Positions 30,206 through 40,533 of a stretch of DNA of 64,000 bases are shown here, piece after piece. Every line of letters starts with the position of its first letter. The stretch's first letter is position 1. The notes under the pieces were generated by a model, which saw nothing but the letters and a program-made list of their open reading frames with translations, made no database searches and was not told where the DNA came from. The position numbers were made by a program, and so were the translations under genes. This DNA is from an uncultured Gammaproteobacteria bacterium (GTDB lineage: Bacteria; Patescibacteriota; Patescibacteriia; Patescibacteriales; UBA12465). The stretch covers positions 1,454-65,453 of the forward strand of contig CAZMYU010000001.1 of the NCBI GenBank assembly GCA_964570655.1. Reading direction: 5' to 3'.

Positions 30206-30808
30206 TTATTCTAAATAACCATCCAAATTAACATCGTATAAAATCTGTTCGGCAATCAAACGATAGCTCAAAATTTCATCGTCATTAAACCACAACTTGA
30301 TTTCTCTTTCGGCTTCAGCCACTTGATCCGAACAATGAATCAAGTTTCGAACTGCTCGATCATCTAGATTAGAAACCTCATAAGAATCTAGGGTAAAATC
30401 ACCGCGCAAGGTTCCGACATCAGAAGTGAGGGGTTCAGTGCCACCAACAATTTTGCGCACCAAATCAACCGCTCGATTACCTTCAATAATCATGGGAATT
30501 ACCGGGCCACAAGTCATAAACTTTACTAAATGGCCAATAATGGCCTGACCATACTCTTTGGCTTCTTTCTCTATTGGTAAGCCTTTTTCTTGACGATTTT
30601 TTATTAAAGCCTCGCCCTTGGAAATAAACCAAGCATCATCTTTGTTGTAATGCTTCCAACATTGTTCATCTTTGGCAATAATCATTTTCATGGCAATAAT
30701 CTTGAGACCCACCTTTTCTAGTCGATTAATAACTTCACCGACCAAAGATCTTTGAATAGCATCTGGTTTTAAAATCACCAGGGTTCTTTCTTTTTTAGGA
30801 TGTAACAT
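30206..30808 (-). CDS. ndk: nucleoside diphosphate kinase (with internal insertion); start moved to M7 of the track ORF
   Basis: ERTLVILKPDAIQR, GTLRGDF and the active-site NLIHCSD. The track ATG at 30826 lies inside the 31-bp repeat, so I prefer MLHPKKERT.. at 30808. Confidence 0.8.
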   Translation of the reverse strand: MLHPKKERTLVILKPDAIQRSLVGEVINRLEKVGLKIIAMKMIIAKDEQCWKHYNKDDAWFISKGEALIKNRQEKGLPIEKEAKEYGQAIIGHLVKFMTCGPVIPMIIEGNRAVDLVRKIVGGTEPLTSDVGTLRGDFTLDSYEVSNLDDRAVRNLIHCSDQVAEAEREIKLWFNDDEILSYRLIAEQILYDVNLDGYLE

Positions 30809-30820
30809 AAAGAATTTATT

Positions 30821-30851
30821 TGTCATCCTGGCGAAGGCCAGGATCCAGGTT
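30821..30851. repeat. 31-bp hairpin repeat, copy 1 of 3
   Basis: tgtcatcctggcgaaggccaggatccaggtt is identical at 50594..50624 and 53474..53504. It contains the 8-bp stem atcctggc/gccaggat with loop gaag. Confidence 0.9.
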
Positions 30852-30862
30852 TTATTAATAAT

Positions 30863-31519
30863 TTATTTATTTAAATTTAACACGACTAACTCCATCTCAT
30901 CACTCGGCAAATCTTTTTTGCTAATTTTTAATTTTTCTTCATTAGTGACTTTTATTCCTAGTTCTTTAATAAATTTATCAACTCCATCTATGTCTTTGAT
31001 CTTGAGTCCTGGAGTCGCATAATGCATGGGGATCACAATTCGTGGTTCAATCTGCGAAATTACTTCCACAGCTTTTTTGGCATCAATAGTATATTTGCCG
31101 CCCACGGGAATAAATAGAATATCAATGCCCGCTAGTCGTTCTAATTGTTTGTTGTCCAAAATATGACCCAGGTCTCCCAAATGACAAAGGGTAATATCAT
31201 CCATTTCAATCCGATAAATAATATTGAGAGGTTTGTCGCTTTTTTCACCGGCCGTATCATGAAAAGACCGGATGCCTTCGATGAGGACATCTTTAATATC
31301 AAATTCGCCGGCACTACTAACGACATAAGGTTTACCTCGAAAAGCCGAAGAATTATTATGATCAAAATGATCATGTGAAATAGTGACAATGTCCGCTTCA
31401 AAATTTGGCAACTTCAAACCGACTTCCGAGCTATACGGATCAGTCACGAGAGTCAACCCATCAGAGTTAGCTTTGTCTTGAATTTTAAAACAAGAATGTC
31501 CTAGCCAAGTAATTATCAT
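30863..31519 (-). CDS. MBL-fold metallo-hydrolase (UPF0173-like)
   Basis: MIITWLGHSCFKIQ, the HDHFDH metal motif, and a length of 218 aa. Confidence 0.8.
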   Translation of the reverse strand: MIITWLGHSCFKIQDKANSDGLTLVTDPYSSEVGLKLPNFEADIVTISHDHFDHNNSSAFRGKPYVVSSAGEFDIKDVLIEGIRSFHDTAGEKSDKPLNIIYRIEMDDITLCHLGDLGHILDNKQLERLAGIDILFIPVGGKYTIDAKKAVEVISQIEPRIVIPMHYATPGLKIKDIDGVDKFIKELGIKVTNEEKLKISKKDLPSDEMELVVLNLNK

Positions 31520-31523
31520 ATAT

Positions 31524-31613
31524 TAAAAGATTGAATAATTGAAAAATTGAATGATTGAAAGATTAATTTAATTAAAAAATTTTTCAATCTTTTAATTTTC
31601 AATCTTTCAATTG
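31524..31613. repeat. AT-rich imperfect hairpin of attgaaa/tttcaat words
   Basis: aaaagattgaataattgaaaaattgaatgattgaaagattaa ... ttttcaatcttttaattttcaatctttcaattg. Confidence 0.6.
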
Positions 31614-31687
31614 CCAACTAAAAAGGCCAAATATTGGCTTTTTATATTAACATTATAACAAAATAAATAGCCCCAGTCAATCAAAGA

Positions 31688-31713
31688 GGAGCCAGGCTCT
31701 AGAGCCTGGCTCC
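31688..31713. repeat. perfect 26-bp palindrome
   Basis: ggagccaggctct|agagcctggctcc. Confidence 0.8.
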
Positions 31714-31786
31714 AGAGCAAAATTAAAAGAGCATCATTCAATTATTATGAATAATGCTCTGTTTGCTTAAGCCGTAGACTAAGTGG

Positions 31787-32875
31787 TTAAAGGATTACCT
31801 TTACCTGTTTTTCCCTTTCGGAATAAAACATTTTCAGGCAACCCCTGCGATCACCAATCAATACCACTGTTTGCACGTGTTGTTTTCCTTTTTTGTCCCA
31901 ATACTTAATGGTAATAGGATTTTCTCCATATTTCAGGAATATTTCCTGCCCATAATTAGAATTGGAACCACCTCTCATTGTGTAAATTGTCGGTTGACCA
32001 TTACGGTCATAAGCTCCGTCAATAATACAATCAAAAGGTGAAAAGAATTTTACATTATGCGTGTAAACTTTATTATCACTCCTGTTGGTTGGCGCAAAGT
32101 AATCGTCAGTGATGACTACCACTTTTGCGTTTTCGTAAACAGCAATGGTCATAAAGAGTTCTTCAGCAGCATTGCCTGGACCACTTAATTTTTTAACCCT
32201 GGTCACCGAAATCCCGGTGTTGATCAACTTGATCTTTTGGGACTCCGATAGGGTTAAGGAATCACTAGGGCCAAGTGTTAGGCCGTACAATGGAAAACCG
32301 GGATCAATAAACTGAAACCCGTAGCTGGAAGCGTTTCTAATCCGGCATGAAGTAGCATTGTCTACTGCTTCATTGGTTTTCGATAACACTATAATTCTTT
32401 CCTTCTTAGCATCAAAGTTTTGAGGCGTTACATCCTTCGAAGCAACAATCCTAATTCTTTTTTTGCCAACCTTGTTTGGAGTAAAGCTCAAAATTCTGGG
32501 TTCCAGTTTGTCTGGACTGAATCCAATGGCTAAATACACCCTGGGCCAAAGCACAGTGGTGTAGATTTCCTCATCGGTTTCTTCATCATATTCCAGAAAT
32601 TCCTGAACGAAAGTGTCAACAGCCACCTGAAAGACCCGCTGATTTCCGACTTTGATCGAAGTAACGCCGCTAATACCGGCAGTTGGATAGTTAGGATTCG
32701 CACCCAAGAATATTTCCTGGTCCTCATCGTTTTGGAATGCGATGGTTATGGCATTTTCCATACTACCCCTCAGATAATACTGATTGATAGGGACAAGCTG
32801 TTCCTGGCAAAATGTTTTATTGGCTACAAAAGCCAAGCCCAAAACTGCCAATAAGATACAAAATAACTTTTTCAT
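31787..32875 (-). CDS. hypothetical secreted protein (atypical codon usage)
   Basis: 362 aa with signal peptide MKKLFCILLAVLGLAFVANKTFC. By eye, CAG/CTG/AGG/GTC codons are frequent, unlike neighbouring genes. Confidence 0.65.
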   Translation of the reverse strand: MKKLFCILLAVLGLAFVANKTFCQEQLVPINQYYLRGSMENAITIAFQNDEDQEIFLGANPNYPTAGISGVTSIKVGNQRVFQVAVDTFVQEFLEYDEETDEEIYTTVLWPRVYLAIGFSPDKLEPRILSFTPNKVGKKRIRIVASKDVTPQNFDAKKERIIVLSKTNEAVDNATSCRIRNASSYGFQFIDPGFPLYGLTLGPSDSLTLSESQKIKLINTGISVTRVKKLSGPGNAAEELFMTIAVYENAKVVVITDDYFAPTNRSDNKVYTHNVKFFSPFDCIIDGAYDRNGQPTIYTMRGGSNSNYGQEIFLKYGENPITIKYWDKKGKQHVQTVVLIGDRRGCLKMFYSEREKQVKVIL

Positions 32876-33043
32876 TTTCTTACCTTTTTTATGGTTATCA
32901 AATTGTTTATGAACTTATAAAAGCTCCTTTTCAGGAATAGTATATAGTAGCATAATAAAAAATATTTGTCAACAATAAAAAAAGAGCAATTTTCAAGGGT
33001 TTTTCCTCGAAATACTGCTCTTTTATGCCAAGGATCCTTTGAC

Positions 33044-33574
33044 TTAATCGCCATCAGGATCATTACCAAAGCTCCTGGTGGAGCGTGGTTTCTTCTTTTT
33101 AACCGGCGGAGGGTTGTTGGTGGTCACCGTGTTGTTGGTGGTAGTTGTAATGGTTGTTTTCTGAATAACCAGTCTCTGCCGTAAAGCTTCAACTGAATCG
33201 TTTAACCTTTTGGTTTCGGCTTTTTGAGCATTTAACTGCCCGGCCAACCAACCCTGGTTACCTTCAACTTTTTTAACCCGGCCTTCAACTTTTGTTACCC
33301 GATCTTCAAGTTTGACGATCCTGCCATCATGGTCTTTCACCACCTTGGCAAGGTCGTTGATAGCCACAACACAAGTATCGATCCTGAGGTTGGCTGTATC
33401 AGCCTTTTTCTCAGCCCTTCTGCCGGTAGTTAACGCAACGATGCCCACTATTAGGGCGACCAGGAGGACGATGACTCCTATAATTCCGAGAACGGTCATA
33501 AGCCCACTGCCACGACCTTCTTCTTGTTCCTGATTTCTGTTCTGATCCATTATTAGTAATTTTATAGGTTTCAA
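33044..33574 (-). CDS. hypothetical membrane-anchored coiled-coil protein (start possibly 33550)
   Basis: TM helix LMTVLGIIGVIVLLVALIVGIVAL, then a repetitive coiled coil (LEDRVTKVEGRVKKVEGNQ) and a Thr/Asn/Pro-rich tail. Same atypical codon style as 31787..32875. Confidence 0.6.
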   Translation of the reverse strand: MKPIKLLIMDQNRNQEQEEGRGSGLMTVLGIIGVIVLLVALIVGIVALTTGRRAEKKADTANLRIDTCVVAINDLAKVVKDHDGRIVKLEDRVTKVEGRVKKVEGNQGWLAGQLNAQKAETKRLNDSVEALRQRLVIQKTTITTTTNNTVTTNNPPPVKKKKPRSTRSFGNDPDGD

Positions 33575-33643
33575 AAAAATTTAAATTTACTTTAAAAGAT
33601 ATATTAATATACCACGTAAAAAATTTTATGTCAAGACTTTAAC

Positions 33644-33679
33644 AAAATCAGCTAATTCCCTAGGAAATTAGCTGATTTT
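33644..33679 (-). terminator. 14-bp stem hairpin downstream of the 1157-aa gene
   Basis: aaaatcagctaatt (33644..33657) pairs with aattagctgatttt (33666..33679). Confidence 0.5.
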
Positions 33680-33703
33680 AAGATATCTGGTTATAAATTA
33701 TTA

Positions 33704-36700
33704 TTAGGACCGAGGCTCGGGAGTTCCGGCTGGTTTAGACTCATCTTTTTTGTTTCTTCTAAATAAATTAGTGATCCTTTCTAGAGGGCGACGTTTTCTA
33801 ATCGGAGCAAAGTATGGCAATTCAGTATTATTACTGCCAGTAATATTAGACTTAACGGCATCGACTACTCCTTTGATAGTGATGTCAGTGGAATCAACCC
33901 CATCACCTTCAAAGGTGGCCAAAATTTGCAAAGCATCATTACCGCTAGGAGTTTCGCCAACCACTTTTACCACCTCAACAAAACGAGCTTCGCAATGAGG
34001 AACGTTTCCTTCGTGCGTAAACATAATTTGACCGAACTCACTGTCATGAGGAATAGTAGCATTGCCACTAGCATCAAGAACAAACCCAAAGGGATGTCCC
34101 TGGGTTCCTTCGCTAATAGACATCTCAATTTTGAGCTGACCATCGGCTAGGGCCTGCCAAGGATTAACATGGGTCGTATCATGAAATGACCAATTTTCCA
34201 ACATTCTTTTCATGCTAATCACATAATCACCATTTTCATTCATAGACAAATCTTCACGTAATTCATTCAAATCAAACTTGGGAGCCGGGGTATTTTCATC
34301 TAGCCACAAAACTCTAGCTACCTGGTCAGGATCCTGACCAAATATTTCTTGGCTATGATCAATCATATCGTGATCGGTCACATGAGTAGTAACTAGATGC
34401 TCAACTGGGGCCGATTTCTCCCCCAAAGACAGGCCGGCTTTTTCCAAAATATCCCGACTAGCATCAGAGAAGGCGCCAGTCTCTGGATCAATATGTAATT
34501 TATCAACGACCAAGTGACCATTGTCCATCAAATTATAAGATCCATCACCCTGCAAAACTAGTTCTGCTCCTTTAGGCAAAGTAACTGCCCCATGACCAAC
34601 TTCAAAAACATGAGTCAGGGCTCCAGTTCCAAATTTGCCGTCCAAGAAATTGGCTAGACCAGCCAGCATAGTGTGATGATGAACACCTAAAGTATGCATC
34701 TGGTGTTTGAAGAGTTCTTCAGCAAAGCCACTAACTCTATCTTGGAAAAAAGCACCGATTTCTTGCGCTACGATACCAATAGTAGTACCGACCAACATAG
34801 TCATTTTGGCGCTTTTCCAAGATCTCTTTTTTCTAAGTTTTTCAAAAATCTCATCCCGCTTTTCCATATTGCCCAAAAGCTCTCGAGTCTTAGTAGCAAT
34901 CAAATTATTTAAAATCTGCTCATAATCAACATTGGACATCTGCTCTTCAAATTCGGGGCTAGGCTCGGCCACTGGTTCTGAGACTGGTTCAGATACCGGC
35001 TCTTCTGGTAAAGCTGCCTCCACAACTGGTTCTCCTGGCACGTCATCTTCCAAGGATTTCTGCAGATCACGTTTTTGATTTTCTAATTCTCGCAATTTAG
35101 CTTCGTTTTCCAAAACTAATTGCTCATCATAACGACCAGTAAAAGCATTTTTGGTTTCACCAACCTTGATATTGTTGCGACAAATAACTATCAAACGATT
35201 TAAACGACGAATTTCTAGAGCGATTTTTTTATGGGCCGCTTCTTTTTCTTGTCGAGCCACCACCAAATTTCTAATTTTTTCTAGATCCCTCAAACGATCT
35301 TCCGAACTCAAAACCATTGGTTCGTCATAGCGATTAGTAAAGGAATTTTTGGTTTCACCCTTTTTAATATTGGCGCGCATCTCGGCTATTTCGGCATCTA
35401 CCTCTTCCAAACTCTTTCCTTGAGCTTCGGCAATTAATTCAGGAGATAAGGCCTCGGGTTTAGCTGTGGATTGTTCTGGGGTCTGAGCCTCAGGAACTTC
35501 GGGTGTGGCCGGAACCTCTGGCACTTCGGCCTTGGGCTTGGGCACCAAAGTAATCTTCAAGTTATTCAAATTACTCTTAATACCGCTAATGAGTTTTAAA
35601 AGCTCAGTGCGCTCAGCCTCTACCTTGGCGATATCTGAAAAGGCAATCAAGTCAATACGTTTTTCATTACTGATATTAGTACGAGCAATAGCTTCAGATA
35701 AGGCTTGGAGGATAGCGGTTTTTTCATTATCACTCAAATCTTTTCTAAAATTACCTTGATCATCATAAGCTTTCTTGAGCTCGCCAACCAAAGCTGAGGC
35801 CAAAATAGTTTCATGGCGACTGGGTTCTATTTCTAAGCGTCGACGATATTCTTTTTCCCATTTCCTGGAATCTTTTCGATATTGTTTTCGATCTTGATTA
35901 TATTTTTCTTTTTCCGCTGGAGAAGCATTCCTGTCTGGCTTGACCGGCTCCTTGGGCTGACTTTCTATTTCCATTTTTCCACCTTTTTCAGCCAGCTCCT
36001 GACTATGAGTTTCCCGGTCACGCCGAGTTCGATAGCTTTCTCTTTTATAAGAATAAGCTGAAGCTAGGCCCATACCAGCAAAAAAGGTCACGCCTTTGGC
36101 CAGCATTGAAGAACCCATTTTGGCAAACACGGCTGAGCCAACTAAATGACCAGCAATAACTGAACCAGCCAAAGTGGTTTCATTCATTAATAAGGCCCCC
36201 AATTTGGTTTTGCCCATCTTGGCGATTATTCTCTCAGTATCGGAATAACTAGTCTCGGTTTTGATTCCGCCCATAGCCCGACCAATATTGAGATCAATAT
36301 CAAATTGTAAATTGGCCAAACCACTCTGATGACCAGCTATTTTTTTTATTTCTTCAGCGGATGCTAGGATATTATCAACCCGCAAATTGCTTTTTAAAAT
36401 TTCTTTATTATTATTGCGCACATTGCCAATAATCCGATCCTTGCTGGCAATAAAATCTTCCTTGCTAATCTCATCATTGGCATAACTAATAATTAATGAC
36501 TTAATAGAATTTTTGACGTCTTCTCTGTCTACTTTGGATTTGACCTCGCCAATGCTTTTCTCGATCAGGTCATCATTTTCGGTGGCAAAACGTTCGGTAA
36601 TATTTTTGGAAAATTCTTCTTGGTTTTTTATTTTTTCATCAGCCAACATTTGGTCCTCACTAGCAAAAACATTTTTTTGTTCGGCGATTTTGCGCAAATT

Positions 36701-37177
36701 TTCTCGAGTCTTTTTTTCATGATAAGCCTCGGACATGATATTGTGTTTCCAAATCTCCTTGAAAAAACCACCAAAACTTTTGAGGGTGCGAATCTCTTCG
36801 GTCATTTCTTTGCGAGCCCGCAAAGTAGCCATGGACTTGGCCTTGGCCTCTACATCAACTATCGCAATATTAATTTTTTTAATCTCATTAATAGCCTCAG
36901 TTTTGGCCTCCTCTAATTTCTCTTCAGCTTCTTGAATAATGGGCTCGGCCTCTTTTTTTTCAGCGGGTGATAAATTATTAACTAGCTCGGGTTCGGACAA
37001 CTGGGTGTCTTCCACATTTTTAATAATTTCCGAAGACTTGTCGGCACCGCCTTCTTGTTCTAATTTTAATAATCTAGTGGCCTCTTCATCCACGGCGAGA
37101 TTACCAGCGCTATCAAATTTCAAAACTTTGTCTGGCCGTTGGGGTTCCCCGGGTATTATCAATTTTTTTTCAGCCAT
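33704..37177 (-). CDS. hypothetical 1157-aa coiled-coil protein with Gly-zipper hydrophobic segments and His-rich C-terminal domain
   Basis: No signal peptide. Long charged helical regions. Gly/Ala-rich hydrophobic hairpin LGALLMNETTLAGSVIAGHLVGSAVFAKMGSSMLAKGVTFFAGMGLASAY. Internal duplication GETKNSFTNRYDEPMVLSSEDRLRDLE / GETKNAFTGRYDEQLVLENEAKLRELE. PE-rich linkers. Confidence 0.75.
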   Translation of the reverse strand: MAEKKLIIPGEPQRPDKVLKFDSAGNLAVDEEATRLLKLEQEGGADKSSEIIKNVEDTQLSEPELVNNLSPAEKKEAEPIIQEAEEKLEEAKTEAINEIKKINIAIVDVEAKAKSMATLRARKEMTEEIRTLKSFGGFFKEIWKHNIMSEAYHEKKTRENLRKIAEQKNVFASEDQMLADEKIKNQEEFSKNITERFATENDDLIEKSIGEVKSKVDREDVKNSIKSLIISYANDEISKEDFIASKDRIIGNVRNNNKEILKSNLRVDNILASAEEIKKIAGHQSGLANLQFDIDLNIGRAMGGIKTETSYSDTERIIAKMGKTKLGALLMNETTLAGSVIAGHLVGSAVFAKMGSSMLAKGVTFFAGMGLASAYSYKRESYRTRRDRETHSQELAEKGGKMEIESQPKEPVKPDRNASPAEKEKYNQDRKQYRKDSRKWEKEYRRRLEIEPSRHETILASALVGELKKAYDDQGNFRKDLSDNEKTAILQALSEAIARTNISNEKRIDLIAFSDIAKVEAERTELLKLISGIKSNLNNLKITLVPKPKAEVPEVPATPEVPEAQTPEQSTAKPEALSPELIAEAQGKSLEEVDAEIAEMRANIKKGETKNSFTNRYDEPMVLSSEDRLRDLEKIRNLVVARQEKEAAHKKIALEIRRLNRLIVICRNNIKVGETKNAFTGRYDEQLVLENEAKLRELENQKRDLQKSLEDDVPGEPVVEAALPEEPVSEPVSEPVAEPSPEFEEQMSNVDYEQILNNLIATKTRELLGNMEKRDEIFEKLRKKRSWKSAKMTMLVGTTIGIVAQEIGAFFQDRVSGFAEELFKHQMHTLGVHHHTMLAGLANFLDGKFGTGALTHVFEVGHGAVTLPKGAELVLQGDGSYNLMDNGHLVVDKLHIDPETGAFSDASRDILEKAGLSLGEKSAPVEHLVTTHVTDHDMIDHSQEIFGQDPDQVARVLWLDENTPAPKFDLNELREDLSMNENGDYVISMKRMLENWSFHDTTHVNPWQALADGQLKIEMSISEGTQGHPFGFVLDASGNATIPHDSEFGQIMFTHEGNVPHCEARFVEVVKVVGETPSGNDALQILATFEGDGVDSTDITIKGVVDAVKSNITGSNNTELPYFAPIRKRRPLERITNLFRRNKKDESKPAGTPEPRS

Positions 37178-37181
37178 ATGT

Positions 37182-37382
37182 TTATTTTTTATTTTTAATA
37201 TTTTTAATATCCAAAGAAATTTGGCTGGCCTTGGTATTTTCTAATTTTTTGATGAGCTGTCTGAGCTGACGATTTCTGTCGGTTTCAATTTTCTTAACCG
37301 CCCGCAAAAAGTCCTGATAAATTTTAACCAGTTTTTGATTCTGATTTTTGAAATCTTTTTTGATTATTTTAGTTTTGGCCAT
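37182..37382 (-). CDS. hypothetical small basic helical protein
   Basis: 66 aa. Its stop lies 4 nt before the start of the 1157-aa gene. Confidence 0.45.
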   Translation of the reverse strand: MAKTKIIKKDFKNQNQKLVKIYQDFLRAVKKIETDRNRQLRQLIKKLENTKASQISLDIKNIKNKK

Positions 37383-37408
37383 ACAAAATATAAATTAAAA
37401 GCCTATTT

Positions 37409-37720
37409 TTATAAATAGGCATTTCTAAATTCCCATAAACCGGTCGTAATAACTTCGTCCAAGTTAGGGATATTTTGACTTACAAAGTTTTTGAGTTTTT
37501 CGGCATCGTCTTCGTCAATAATCTTCTCGAATTCCTCCAGTTTATCCTCGGGCATGTTTTCCAAAATAACTGCATCGATTTTGCGATTGAGCATTTCCTC
37601 TAAATCGGCCTTGATTTTGGCGGTCATTTCCGGATCGCTCTCGTCAGCCAAACCTTTGGCCTCCATGAGTCGATCAATAAAATCGCCCATAAATTGATTG
37701 TAAAATTCTTGGTTGTTCAT
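37409..37720 (-). CDS. hypothetical small acidic protein
   Basis: 103 aa, D/E-rich (MPEDKLEEFEKIIDEDDAEKL), first gene of the minus-strand block. Confidence 0.6.
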   Translation of the reverse strand: MNNQEFYNQFMGDFIDRLMEAKGLADESDPEMTAKIKADLEEMLNRKIDAVILENMPEDKLEEFEKIIDEDDAEKLKNFVSQNIPNLDEVITTGLWEFRNAYL

Positions 37721-37815
37721 AAATTTAATGAGATATTAAATTAGTCAAATATATAAATATTTAATACCCTTATTTTACAACCAAAATCCCAAAATAACAA
37801 GGGGAGATTGGGCTC

Positions 37816-37844
37816 TTGACAAGCCCTAGGCAATGCTTTATTAT
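37816..37844 (+). promoter_or_regulatory. candidate sigma70-type promoter for the 16S rRNA gene
   Basis: TTGACA (37816..37821), a 17-nt spacer, then TATTAT (37839..37844), about 290 nt upstream of the mature 16S 5' end. Confidence 0.45.
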
Positions 37845-37972
37845 ATAGATATCAAAAATTCAAAATTTAATAGAATTTATCGAAAACAAGATAAAGGATT
37901 TATCTTTGTTTTTTTCTTACTAAATTTTTTTGATGAACATTGAAAACTAAATCATCATTTGTGCGATCCTAA

Positions 37973-38092
37973 CCGCGTAAAGGCCTGACGGCCCACGCGG
38001 TGAGTCTCATAAAGGGCTACGGTCCGTGAGACTAACTTCGCGTAAAGGCCTAACGGCCCACGCGACTAACGTTTTTGATGCTAACAGGCATC
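37973..38092 (+). promoter_or_regulatory. 16S leader hairpins; candidate 5' half of the leader-trailer processing stem
   Basis: Two CGCGTAAAGGCC..GGCCCACGCG hairpins lie at 37973..38000 and 38038..38065. gctaacaggcatc (38080..38092) is the exact reverse complement of 39902..39914 in the trailer. Confidence 0.55.
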
Positions 38093-38137
38093 GATTCAAA
38101 ATATAGTTTTTTACTTGGGAAACCAAGATCTTATACT

Positions 38138-39742
<1,605 letters not shown>

Positions 39743-39901
39743 CTAGGGAGATATTACGTTTTGGATCATTGATTTAAATCGTATGGTCGCCCTGACAACA
39801 CACTATATTTGATATAGTCGGTCAGGTGCAAGCTTGATTGCAAAATTAAGCTGGGTCCCGTCATTCGACGGGACTGCGCCTCGCTTCGCGAGGCTTGAAT
39901 T

Positions 39902-39960
39902 GATGCCTGTTAGCCTTGAAAATTTATACCCGGCCACGTGAGCCAACGGCTTTTACGTGG
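39902..39960 (+). promoter_or_regulatory. 16S trailer segments complementary to the leader (candidate 3' half of the processing stem)
   Basis: gatgcctgttagc (39902..39914) is the reverse complement of 38080..38092. ccacgtgagccaacggcttttacgtgg (39934..39960) is an imperfect reverse complement of the leader CGCGTAAAGG..CCACGCG hairpins. Confidence 0.5.
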
Positions 39961-39970
39961 CTCGAAATAA

Positions 39971-40002
39971 AAAAACACTCAAGTAATTCTTGGGTGTTTT
40001 TT
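39971..40002. terminator. bidirectional rho-independent terminator after 16S / after the minus-strand surface operon
   Basis: aaaaaacactcaag taatt cttgggtgtttttt. The single T:G pair favours folding on the plus-strand RNA. Confidence 0.65.
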
Positions 40003-40025
40003 GATACTAAAAAATTAGGCTATTA

Positions 40026-40529
40026 TTATAAACGCTCCCGTAATCTTTTGAGCTCTTCAATATCTTGACTGGCCTGATGACTTTTAGCAGCCAAATGACC
40101 AAGCTCATCAATAAAATCATTTAAACTAATAGGCGGTACAGAAGAATGCTGGTTATTTTTAATTTCGGCTACCATATCATCCTTTTCCTCCCAATACTCA
40201 GATTTGTCACCTTTTAAATTATAGATCCGCTGTTCAACTTTTTTATAAAGCATAGACTTCTCATCTTCTTTGTCCTGCTCATCATTGCCGACGGTTGCCC
40301 TAATCTTTTCTAATTTTTCTAAAATAGCTTCTATAAAAGCCTGGGTTTTTTCAGAAACCTTAGGCGCCACAAATGAATTCCAAATTCGCTCAGCTAATTC
40401 TGGGCTCGGCTGGGTATCCTTGATATCTTGTTTAATTTTTTCTAAAATCGCTAGCACCTCCGGACTCTCTTGGTGATGTTTTTTGGGGGATTCATTTTTC
40501 GGTCTAAGAAAATTTAAAAAACCCATCAT
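40026..40529 (-). CDS. hypothetical cytoplasmic protein, last gene of the surface operon (start moved to M46 of the track ORF)
   Basis: MMGFLNFLRPKNESPKKHHQ... is helical and charged, with no signal peptide. The track ORF start at 40664 would overlap the upstream gene by 131 nt. Confidence 0.55.
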   Translation of the reverse strand: MMGFLNFLRPKNESPKKHHQESPEVLAILEKIKQDIKDTQPSPELAERIWNSFVAPKVSEKTQAFIEAILEKLEKIRATVGNDEQDKEDEKSMLYKKVEQRIYNLKGDKSEYWEEKDDMVAEIKNNQHSSVPPISLNDFIDELGHLAAKSHQASQDIEELKRLRERL

Positions 40530-40533
40530 AGAA

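Noticed and set aside
30821-30851. 31-bp repeat considered as a plain rho-independent terminator or tRNA fragment
   Set aside because: No U-tract follows the stem in any copy, there is no similarity to the four tRNAs here, and one copy is translated inside tsaD.
32872-33184. ORFs 32872..33069 (-) and 32966..33184 (+) in the island spacer
   Set aside because: They are short, overlap each other and the 3' end of 33044..33574, and have no signal or start context.
33704-37720. Prophage (tape-measure protein plus chaperones)
   Set aside because: No capsid, portal, terminase, tail, integrase or lysis genes are adjacent, and the codon usage looks native. I keep it only as an architectural analogy.
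39743-40025. Search for spacer tRNAs (Ile/Ala) or a 23S start downstream of 16S
   Set aside because: Only short hairpins and a terminator are present, with no cloverleaf or 23S 5' signature. The next gene is a convergent protein-coding gene.
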